DNA of 32,000 bases, taken from contig JAUSKK010000006.1 of the NCBI GenBank assembly GCA_030649345.1, positions 1 to 32,000 of the forward strand. Reading direction: 5' to 3'. Shown here one piece after another: positions 25,058 through 32,000 of this stretch. Every line of letters starts with the position of its first letter. Position 1 is the first letter of the stretch. Under the pieces are notes generated by a model. It made no database searches, was not told the DNA's origin, and worked only from the letters and a program-made list of their open reading frames with translations. The translations under genes and the position numbers were made by a program. The stretch is from Candidatus Iainarchaeum sp. (GTDB lineage Archaea > Iainarchaeota > Iainarchaeia > Iainarchaeales > 0-14-0-20-34-12).

Positions 25058-25369
25058 ATGAGTGATGCCCATTTAGACCATGGAAGTACTGGCCCAACAC
25101 CAGCCAGTTCAAGTACTGGTTCTGGAATTGAAGGCTGGGTTAGTAAATTAATTACCTATGTTACTTCTCAAATTCGAACCTTTGTGGCTTTCTTATTTTT
25201 TGTTTTCACACTAGGAGCAGTATTGGGAATTTTAATTATGTACAAAGCACCTCAATATGCAGGCTTGCTTGTTTTAGCTCCAGCAATCATGGGTTTGTTG
25301 GCTTATTACAATACAACTATTGCAGTTGTTTTATTTATTTTATTTGGATTAATGATTTCCATTCTATAA
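25058..25369 (+). CDS. Small membrane protein (103 aa, three hydrophobic helices)
   Basis: MSDAHLDHGSTGPTPASSSTGSG is followed by hydrophobic helices. I prefer the ATG at 25058 over the listed GTG at 24971, which would run through structured non-coding-looking DNA. Confidence 0.6.
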   Translation: MSDAHLDHGSTGPTPASSSTGSGIEGWVSKLITYVTSQIRTFVAFLFFVFTLGAVLGILIMYKAPQYAGLLVLAPAIMGLLAYYNTTIAVVLFILFGLMISIL

Positions 25370-25439
25370 TCAGGCTTTTTAAGTTAAAGAAAGCTTTTTA
25401 GATTCTACGCATTTCAATATCTATGCTAAGAGAGTGTGT

Positions 25440-25961
25440 ATGAATTCAAATGGATTTTTTTCAATCATAGGTTTTCTAATTCTTGCCAGCTTAATTGTAT
25501 TTTCTGGATTTGAGCTGGAAAGAACCACTGAACTCAACCAAGCTTTATTGATTGAAGAAAAGTGGGAAATTCAAAAATTGAAAGAAAATGAAATTCAAGA
25601 AAATCTTAAAACAGTTTGGAAAGAAAACATTCGTCAGCTAATTTTAAAAAAAGAAATTGAAACACTTAAACTAAAGCAAACACTGGTTCAGGCAACATTC
25701 AATTTTTTAGAAAATTATGTTCAAATCGATCCAGAATTAAACTTTTATATTGAACACGAAAACCAAATAAACTCTGTTTCTGTTTTGGAATTAAATTCTA
25801 TTATTTTCGTTACCATTATTCACACCCAACCGGTTTTCTGGATTAAAGTACAAATAACTCAAACAGGCAATGATGCAAAATTATGCTGGAAAAAAACAAT
25901 TGGAACTAACACATTCCATCAATGCTTGCCTCAGCAATTTGAGTTAGAGGCACTGATATGA
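25440..25961 (+). CDS. Pilin-like or N-terminally anchored protein (173 aa)
   Basis: The N-terminus is MNSNG|FFSIIGFLILASLIVFSGFE. Its stop overlaps the next gene's ATG (ATGA). This is the weakest of the five pilin-like calls, as it has no basic leader. Confidence 0.5.
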   Translation: MNSNGFFSIIGFLILASLIVFSGFELERTTELNQALLIEEKWEIQKLKENEIQENLKTVWKENIRQLILKKEIETLKLKQTLVQATFNFLENYVQIDPELNFYIEHENQINSVSVLELNSIIFVTIIHTQPVFWIKVQITQTGNDAKLCWKKTIGTNTFHQCLPQQFELEALI

Positions 25962-26317
25962 AATCCAGTAAAGGATTTGGAGCCAGTATTGAAGTTTTCT
26001 TAGTATTCTTAGGCTTGCTGTTAATGGTTCATTTAAGTTTGAATGCATTTTCGTTCAAATCATTAAACTTAGCTGAACAAGAAAAAGAAATGCAAGAATT
26101 AAACCAAATTCAATTACTGGACTTAAATATAGATTGGACACAGATCGAAAATTCAGGATATTTAAATAAACAAAATATTGCAAAAATGAAATGGGAAAAC
26201 GGAAAGAGTATTCAAGCTCAGCTTTCAATCTGTTCAAAAACAGAAAAAAGATTTGAACGAATTGATTTTCAAAACCAGCAAAAAGTACGTATTACTTGGA
26301 GGCTTTGTTTTGAGTAA
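25958..26317 (+). CDS. Type IV pilin-like protein (119 aa)
   Basis: The N-terminus is MKSSKG|FGASIEVFLVFLGLLLMV: a basic leader, Gly, then a hydrophobic helix with Glu near its start. Confidence 0.6.
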   Translation: MKSSKGFGASIEVFLVFLGLLLMVHLSLNAFSFKSLNLAEQEKEMQELNQIQLLDLNIDWTQIENSGYLNKQNIAKMKWENGKSIQAQLSICSKTEKRFERIDFQNQQKVRITWRLCFE

Positions 26318-26672
26318 AGGGTTTGGCTGGTTATGGGAAATTTTGCTAACATTAATCTTATTGGGATTAACCGTACAGATACTTTTACAAGATTCGCCTA
26401 AATCAAATATAACCGAATTAAAAGTATTTTATTTGCAAACCGATTTATTGAATATTTGGTTAAAAAAAGAAAACCTAAACCTAGAGGAAATGTTGGAAGA
26501 TTTTGAATGGGTTTTTCCAAATGCAAATGGCTGTGTACGCATAAATCTGGAAAAAAAATGCATTGAAACAAGAATACCTAGAAAGACAAATGTACAAAGC
26601 TTGTCTGTTTGGAAATATCAAAATCAATCATTTAAAAAAATTCAAATAGACCTGTTTATTCCAGTAAATTGA
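26310..26672 (+). CDS. Type IV pilin-like protein (120 aa with TTG start), paralogue of 25958..26317
   Basis: From TTG 26310 the N-terminus reads SKG|FGWLWEILLTLILLGLTV. The leader DNA matches the previous gene at 13 of 14 nt. The listed ATG at 26253 would overlap the previous gene by 65 nt. Confidence 0.55.
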   Translation: MSKGFGWLWEILLTLILLGLTVQILLQDSPKSNITELKVFYLQTDLLNIWLKKENLNLEEMLEDFEWVFPNANGCVRINLEKKCIETRIPRKTNVQSLSVWKYQNQSFKKIQIDLFIPVN

Positions 26673-27054
26673 CTTGAATTTCATTGTTTTCTTTCAATAA
26701 TTGAATTGGACATTGAGTTAAGCAAACAAATTGAACAGGTTTTACAGAAACTGAAAGTTGTTTTTCAAGCATTTGTTGGTTCCAGTTAATTTGGATTTTG
26801 TCTTCATAAAACAAAACACGCCATTCTTGGCTGGAATGAATATTTAATTTAAGACTAGATCCATTGGATAAAAAAGATAATTCTTCAATCGAGTTTTGTA
26901 TTTGGCTGGCAAAAAAGTCTGCTTTTTTGAATTCAAACCAGTCTAAAGATTTGTGGTAAAATTGTGTTAAGATTGGAAAAAATAATAAAAAAAAGGAAAG
27001 AACAGCCATGGTTAAAATCAAAAATTCTAAGCTGGCTTGTCCTTGCTGGATCAT
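26656..27054 (-). CDS. Archaeal class III signal peptide (pilin-like) protein (132 aa)
   Basis: From the internal ATG at 27054 the N-terminus reads MIQQG|QASLEFLILTMAVLSFFLLFF. This start lies 1 nt after the stop of the upstream 58-aa pilin ORF. Confidence 0.7.
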   Translation of the reverse strand: MIQQGQASLEFLILTMAVLSFFLLFFPILTQFYHKSLDWFEFKKADFFASQIQNSIEELSFLSNGSSLKLNIHSSQEWRVLFYEDKIQINWNQQMLEKQLSVSVKPVQFVCLTQCPIQLLKENNEIQVNLLE

Positions 27055-27055
27055 T

Positions 27056-27232
27056 TTAGATCTTCTCGATTTGTTTAAACACGGAATCCATTTTTTTATC
27101 AAACTGGTCTGCGGCTTGATTTCCAGTAGACTGTAAACGCGTTACAATCAACAACACCATGGCAATCACTGCAGCCAATAATACAATTAATTCCAGCGAT
27201 ACTTGCGCTTTTTCTGAATGCATGAACTTCAT
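27056..27232 (-). CDS. Small archaeal pilin-like protein (58 aa), not in the ORF track
   Basis: My translation is MKFMHSEKA|QVSLELIVLLAAVIAMVLLIVTRLQSTGNQAADQFDKKMDSVFKQIEKI. GGAGG lies 8 nt upstream. This is the classic [KR][GA]|Q.S.E class III signal. Confidence 0.7.
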   Translation of the reverse strand: MKFMHSEKAQVSLELIVLLAAVIAMVLLIVTRLQSTGNQAADQFDKKMDSVFKQIEKI

Positions 27233-27306
27233 ACAACCAACCTCCTCTTAGCTTAATTAAAGTTTGAATTAAAAGTATTTAAAAAACTACTCTTCTAGTT
27301 TAATTT

Positions 27307-27915
27307 ATGACCATCAGCCCAGAAGAAAGAAAAGACTTAATCATTAGTTGGCTGACGATTTCGTTGGCTTTTACGTTTTTGTTAAGCGGTCAGCTCATTC
27401 CAGGTTTTTCGTTTACCAGCAATTTAATTATTGCTTTTTTCATTTCAGCAATAGCTACAGGCACGGGTTTTGTATTGCATGAATTGGCCCACAAATATAC
27501 GGCTATTTCGTTTGGAGCTCATGCAGAATTTCGGGCTTGGCCTTTTGGATTACTGTTAGCTTTAGGAACTGGAATTTTTTCTTTATTCAGTGGATTTAAT
27601 TTTATTTTTGCTGCACCTGGAGCAACCTATGTTTTTGGAGATGAACGAATTGGAGCCAAACAAAATGCATACATTTCTTTAGCTGGTCCTTTATTGAATG
27701 TAATCATGGGCTTAATCTTGCTGGGTATAGCTAGTTTGTTTCGCCGAGATTTAATTGGATTTATTTTATCTGGAGCAGCGAGCATTAATTTCTTTTTAGC
27801 ATTCTTTAACATGATTCCCATCTACCCATTGGATGGAAGCAAAGTATTCAATTGGAATGTATTGGTCTGGGCTATTGTATTTGTTCCATTATTTGCGTAC
27901 ATTTTTATTTTATGA
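27307..27915 (+). CDS. Site-2 protease family (M50) intramembrane metalloprotease
   Basis: HExxH sits in a TM helix (FVLHELAHKY), with the second motif FFNMIPIYPLDGSKV. The protein is polytopic. Confidence 0.9.
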   Translation: MTISPEERKDLIISWLTISLAFTFLLSGQLIPGFSFTSNLIIAFFISAIATGTGFVLHELAHKYTAISFGAHAEFRAWPFGLLLALGTGIFSLFSGFNFIFAAPGATYVFGDERIGAKQNAYISLAGPLLNVIMGLILLGIASLFRRDLIGFILSGAASINFFLAFFNMIPIYPLDGSKVFNWNVLVWAIVFVPLFAYIFIL

Positions 27916-28163
27916 AGAAACCAGGAATTCAAAAATTTAGTTCTGAAAGAAAAGGATTCAAACCTTTGGTTTATTTTAAAGGAAGACGCGAACATATTCA
28001 ACGAATGCGAGCTTCAGAGATTGAACAAACTTTAAGTCAAGCTGGAGTGCAATTTTCTGATTTAGAAACCAAAAAAAGAATTGCAAAAGAATTTAAACAA
28101 ACAGTTTTGAAAGCTGTTCGTACAATACGAAAAGAAAGATTGTTTGGATTTAAAAAACAATGA
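27912..28163 (+). CDS. Hypothetical basic 83-aa protein
   Basis: Its ATG overlaps the M50 stop (ATGA). It starts MKKPGIQKFSSERKGFKPLVYFKGRREHIQ. It ends at a TGA that is in frame with the next ORF. Confidence 0.5.
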   Translation: MKKPGIQKFSSERKGFKPLVYFKGRREHIQRMRASEIEQTLSQAGVQFSDLETKKRIAKEFKQTVLKAVRTIRKERLFGFKKQ

Positions 28164-28244
28164 AAAGGAAAACCACGGGTTCCAACACTGCATGAAATTA
28201 TTGAATTAAAGTTAGGAGAAAAAAGAGTTTTAGTTAAAGTCACC

Positions 28245-28670
28245 ATGACACCCAGCGGACAAATTTTAGTTCGACAGCATCCAGTAACACACGGGGTTAC
28301 AGGTGCTTTTGTTGAAAAATTTTCTGCATTTGAAGATCTTCAAAAAATACTAACCCAAGGATTCTGGGGACGTATGGCACCCAATGTAAGTTTCGTTAAT
28401 CGTTCAAAAAGACGAATAATGGCTATCGCTATACTCAATCAAAAACCAGGACTTATTTACGATGACAAATACGCCATTGAAATAATGGCTCCTTTGGAAA
28501 CCAATGAGCCTGAATTTGTACGAAGAGCTGAACCCAATCAAATACTGCGCATTAATATTGAATTAGACTGGAAGCATCCGGAAAGAATTGAAGAGAAAAA
28601 AAGATTTTATAAAGAGCAATTAAAAGGCTGGCCAATTCATTTCATTTTCCATAAACAGTTAACTCATTAA
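28245..28670 (+). CDS. Hypothetical 141-aa protein
   Basis: This is the first ATG in an open frame that extends back to the TGA at 28161..28163. No motif recognised. Its 3' end overlaps the cdc48 stop by 4 nt (convergent genes). Confidence 0.6.
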   Translation: MTPSGQILVRQHPVTHGVTGAFVEKFSAFEDLQKILTQGFWGRMAPNVSFVNRSKRRIMAIAILNQKPGLIYDDKYAIEIMAPLETNEPEFVRRAEPNQILRINIELDWKHPERIEEKKRFYKEQLKGWPIHFIFHKQLTH

Positions 28671-30832
28671 CCCACATAACTAGGCCTATATTCAGTAACT
28701 TTTTCTTTGAATTCACCATAGGCTTTTTCTGATTTTTTGGAAACACTTCCTGTAATTTTGTTAAAGGCTGTCTGGAAATGTTTTTTAGAAGCAGTACAAG
28801 GTTTGAAATTGTTTTCTTCTAAAGCAATCAAGACAGCTTCGCGAATAAATCCTTCGATATCTGCTCCAGAAAATCCTTCGGTTTTTTCCACAAATTCATC
28901 TACATCCAAATCTTTGGCCACAGGAACTCCATCCAAGTGAACTTCAAATATTTGTTTTCTGGTCTCGGCATCTGGAGCAGAAATGAAAACTAGTTTGTCG
29001 ATTCTTCCAGGCCTTAGTAAAGCAGGATCCATTAAATCCGGCCGGTTGGTTGCAGCAATAAATACTACATTTTTCAAATCATCCAATCCATCCAATTCAG
29101 TCAACAATTGATCTAACACTCGATTGCCTACACCGGAGTCAAAATTGTTTCCACGATTACCGGCAATGGAATCAATTTCATCAAAGAAAATTACTGTGGG
29201 AGCCACTTGCCTTGCTTTACGGAATAATTTACGAATTCCTTTTTCACTTTCTCCAACAAACATGCTTAACAATTCTGGCCCTTTCACTGAAATAAAATTG
29301 GCTTCACTTTCCGTAGCTACAGCTTTGGCCAGCAAAGTCTTACCGCAGCCCGGAGGACCGTATAACAAAATTCCTTTCGGAGGATTAATACCCATTTTGG
29401 AAAAAACTTCTGGATTCTTTAAAGGCCATTCCACTGCTTGTCTTAATTCTTTTTTCACAAACTCCATTCCGCCAATATCAGCCCATTTAACTTTTGGAAT
29501 TCGTACAGCAATTTCACGCAAAGCTGAAGGCTGAACATCTTTAATAGCATCTTGAAAATCTTTTTTCAAAACTTCTAAGTCTTCTAAAACTTCTGGAGGA
29601 ATAACTTCATCTTCTAAATTAATTTTCGGCAAATATCTACGCAAAGCTTTCATCGCGGCTTCTTTGGCTAAAGCTTCTAAATCCGCTCCTACAAAACCAT
29701 GGGTAATCGCTGCCCAATTTTCTAAGTCTACATCCTTATTCAAAGGCATTCCGCGGGTATGAACTTGTAAAATTTCCAAACGACCTTTGCGATCTGGAAC
29801 TCCAAATTCAATTTCTCGGTCAAATCTTCCAGGTCTTCTTAAAGCTTCATCTAAAGAATTTACTCGATTGGTAGCTGCAATTACAATTACATTACCACGA
29901 GCTTCCAAGCCATCCATTAAAGCCAATAATTGTGCAACCACTCTGCGTTCAACTTCTCCTACAACCTCATCTCGTTTGGGTGCAATGGCATCAATTTCAT
30001 CAATAAAAATAATACTCGGATTATTTTCTTCCGCATCCTTAAAAATTTGTCTGACTCTTTCTTCAGCCTCTCCTACAAATTTACTCATAATTTCCGGAGC
30101 ATTTACACTAATAAAATGTGCATTGGTTTCATTGGCAACAGCTTTGGCCAGCAAAGTTTTTCCGCAGCCCGGAGGACCAAACAACAAAATTCCTTTCGGA
30201 GGATTAATTCCTAGCCTGCGAAATAATTCAGGATGACGCATGGGCAATTCAACCAATTCTCGGACTTTCATGACTTGTTCTTTCATTCCACCAATATCTT
30301 CGTAAGCTACATTGCCTACACCTTCAGCGTCTTTAACTGGTTTTTCTTTTAAAACAAATTGAGTAAAATCAGTAACCTTAATTATGCCTGCTGGTTTTGT
30401 ATTCACCACTTTGTAAACAAACCCTGAACCAAACACACTAATCCAAACAGTATCTCCTTTCGATAAAGGCCTTCCTAAAAAACTTTTCTTCAACACCCGA
30501 TTGTATCCAGAAGCAATAATTCGAACTTCTTGGGTTGGAGCTAAAGTTACTTCTTTGGCTTCCTTAAATTCTGCTTTCGCAATCGTTACAGTATCTCCTA
30601 AACTAACACCAGAATTGTGGCGAATAAAATTATCCATTCGCACCAAGCCTTTGCCTTCATCTTCTGCCCGCGCAGGCCAGACTACAGCAGCTGTTCGTTT
30701 AGTGCCGGCAATTTCAACAATGTCGCCTGAAGTAATATTCAATCTTTTTTTAGCCAATCGATCTAAAGTGACAATATTTCGCCCAACATGAGTTGGATCC
30801 GAATCCTGAACTTTTAAACGAACTTCTTCCAT
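28667..30832 (-). CDS. cdc48: Cdc48/VCP-like AAA+ ATPase (N domain + D1 + D2)
   Basis: The N-terminal domain starts [19 protein letters not shown]. There are two Walker A motifs [14 protein letters not shown] and Walker B motifs IIFIDEID and VIFFDEID. Second region of homology is present in both rings. Confidence 0.97.
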   Translation of the reverse strand: MEEVRLKVQDSDPTHVGRNIVTLDRLAKKRLNITSGDIVEIAGTKRTAAVVWPARAEDEGKGLVRMDNFIRHNSGVSLGDTVTIAKAEFKEAKEVTLAPTQEVRIIASGYNRVLKKSFLGRPLSKGDTVWISVFGSGFVYKVVNTKPAGIIKVTDFTQFVLKEKPVKDAEGVGNVAYEDIGGMKEQVMKVRELVELPMRHPELFRRLGINPPKGILLFGPPGCGKTLLAKAVANETNAHFISVNAPEIMSKFVGEAEERVRQIFKDAEENNPSIIFIDEIDAIAPKRDEVVGEVERRVVAQLLALMDGLEARGNVIVIAATNRVNSLDEALRRPGRFDREIEFGVPDRKGRLEILQVHTRGMPLNKDVDLENWAAITHGFVGADLEALAKEAAMKALRRYLPKINLEDEVIPPEVLEDLEVLKKDFQDAIKDVQPSALREIAVRIPKVKWADIGGMEFVKKELRQAVEWPLKNPEVFSKMGINPPKGILLYGPPGCGKTLLAKAVATESEANFISVKGPELLSMFVGESEKGIRKLFRKARQVAPTVIFFDEIDSIAGNRGNNFDSGVGNRVLDQLLTELDGLDDLKNVVFIAATNRPDLMDPALLRPGRIDKLVFISAPDAETRKQIFEVHLDGVPVAKDLDVDEFVEKTEGFSGADIEGFIREAVLIALEENNFKPCTASKKHFQTAFNKITGSVSKKSEKAYGEFKEKVTEYRPSYVG

Positions 30833-30859
30833 ATAATATCAAGATTAATTAATGGTTTT

Positions 30860-31675
30860 TTAAGCCTTTGGCAAAACCAGCCGAATATTTTCCGAAGGCA
30901 TCATTCGAATAATTTCATCCAAGCCAATTTTGTTTTCTTGAACTTTATAATCCAGCCATTTTTTAATTTGTTTAGCTGCATTTCCAGGCTTATCGCTTCC
31001 TTGAACTAATTTTAAACAAACCAAAGCATGCGTTTGCACAGAATTTTTTGAACCAGAAATAATTCTATAAGAATTTTCCATTTTTTCAATTCCCAGCCAG
31101 CATTCCATGGTTTGATGCTTAAACCATTCGCGTTCTCCATAAATCATAAAAGCACCGGTACCCAAAGATTCTCCGCTCGGAGCTTTCTTGGAAACTTGTT
31201 CGGGTTTCACAGAATAAACATCCACTGAAGCAAATCCTTCCTGCCAAGCTTTCGAAAACATTCCAGCAAATTGAGCAGCTTCATTTTTTGTTTCAACATC
31301 TATTTTTTTGCCTTCCAGTTTCACCACACAATGAGGAGCACCCTGAAATTCTGCATGAAAGTACGAATCATTCAAATCCATGTGTTTTTTGACAAGTTGT
31401 TCATTTTGATGTGCATCTCTTCCAGCAATTACTAAAATATTTGAACTAGAATAAAACCATCTGAATTTTTCAAACCATTCTGTTTTCCGTTTCTGGATTA
31501 AAGTTTCTTCTGCTTTTTTTTGCTCTTGTTTGCTTTGAATGTCTTTTAGTTTTTTTTCCGTAATTTTTAAAGCATCCAAAATACGCGCAGCTTTGTTTTT
31601 GGCTTGTTTGCCTTTTTGAAAATAATCTGAAGCATTTTCATTTAAATTTTTGGTTAAATCAATCCGAATTTTCAT
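30860..31675 (-). CDS. NFACT-R (DUF814) protein: C-terminal module of an RqcH/NEMF-like ribosome quality control factor
   Basis: IDLTKNLNENASDYFQKGKQAKNK parallels the ...ENAQ.YF.KY.KAK segment of RqcH. WFEKFRWFYSSSNILVIAGRDAHQNEQLVKKHMDLNDSYFHAEFQGAPHCVVK is the DUF814 core. I prefer the ATG at 31675. Confidence 0.8.
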   Translation of the reverse strand: MKIRIDLTKNLNENASDYFQKGKQAKNKAARILDALKITEKKLKDIQSKQEQKKAEETLIQKRKTEWFEKFRWFYSSSNILVIAGRDAHQNEQLVKKHMDLNDSYFHAEFQGAPHCVVKLEGKKIDVETKNEAAQFAGMFSKAWQEGFASVDVYSVKPEQVSKKAPSGESLGTGAFMIYGEREWFKHQTMECWLGIEKMENSYRIISGSKNSVQTHALVCLKLVQGSDKPGNAAKQIKKWLDYKVQENKIGLDEIIRMMPSENIRLVLPKA

Positions 31676-31676
31676 A

Positions 31677-32000
31677 TTAAACAAATCCTTTGGATTTTTT
31701 AATCACTTCAATTAAAGACTTGGTTCGAGAAGCACTTTTATAAACTGGTTCGGTAGTAAAAATAATTTCTCGGTCTTCAATTAAATCATAAATACCTGGA
31801 ATGGCATTGTAGTATTCTTGCTGCATGTGTTTTTGATACGATTCCACATCTTGAAAAATATGTTTAATTAAAACATTCCAGTGCTTGACTCCCAGCATTC
31901 CTGAAAACCAATATGCGTGTGAATCTTGTTTGACTTTTTCAGAAAATACAGAAAACAAATCTTTTTTGGATAAATTCACTTGAAGCAAAGTAGTCACTTC
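31677..32000 (-). CDS. Partial ORF (5' end beyond window), possibly the end of the NFACT-N part of the same factor
   Basis: The frame is open to the window edge. Its stop TAA lies 1 nt before the ATG of the DUF814 gene. The tail AIPGIY...SLIEVIKKSKGF loosely parallels FIPNIT...SLSELLDRFY of Bacillus RqcH, from memory. Confidence 0.55.
   Translation of the reverse strand, partial: EVTTLLQVNLSKKDLFSVFSEKVKQDSHAYWFSGMLGVKHWNVLIKHIFQDVESYQKHMQQEYYNAIPGIYDLIEDREIIFTTEPVYKSASRTKSLIEVIKKSKGFV

Noticed and set aside
28161-28163. Selenocysteine or genome-wide UGA recoding as the explanation for the in-frame TGA.
   Set aside because: TGA terminates the adjacent M50 protease gene at a sensible position. 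All long conserved genes are intact under the standard code, and no Sec machinery or SECIS-like element is evident in the window.
28737-30791. Plus-strand ORFs of 67-149 aa antisense to cdc48.
   Set aside because: They lie entirely within a 721-aa conserved AAA+ gene. Their translations are Ser/Pro/Leu-rich mirror images of GPPGCGKT-type motifs, so they are shadow ORFs.
1-32000. Scan for CRISPR arrays, reverse transcriptase or DGR template/variable repeats, transposases, integrases, and rRNA or tRNA genes.
   Set aside because: I saw no regularly spaced direct repeats, no YxDD-type RT motif in any ORF, no DDE or tyrosine-recombinase-like ORF, and no spacer large enough or structured like a stable RNA gene.

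Overview
Gene-dense (about 90% coding), AT-rich archaeal chromosomal segment. Archaeal assignment rests on Orc1/Cdc6, RFC large subunit, archaeal-type PheRS alpha/beta, Nob1 (PIN + Zn ribbon), membrane-bound LonB, Cdc48/VCP, RNase Z and an NFACT/RqcH-like factor. Small genes, tight stop/start coupling (TAATG, ATGA) and many orphan ORFs suggest a small-genome, DPANN-like archaeon; this is inference and no search was run. I found no rRNA, tRNA, CRISPR array, transposase, integrase or reverse transcriptase. All family names come from motifs read by eye and from memory. Most interesting items: (1) five type IV pilin-like genes at 25.4-27.2 kb, two hidden or mis-started in the ORF track, with no assembly machinery in view; (2) a tandemly duplicated two-gene module of tiny membrane proteins at 8.8-10.0 kb; (3) repeat- and palindrome-rich AT-rich intergenic DNA on both sides of orc1/cdc6, at a strand-divergence point, as a candidate origin; (4) a G-rich 64-bp insert bracketed by a 30-bp duplication of a gene's 3' end; (5) a co-directional LemA-TPM-orphan-DUF2000-histidine kinase cluster with no response regulator; (6) a split or truncated NFACT factor, an in-frame TGA joining two orphans, and a TA-like pair with a palindromic operator.
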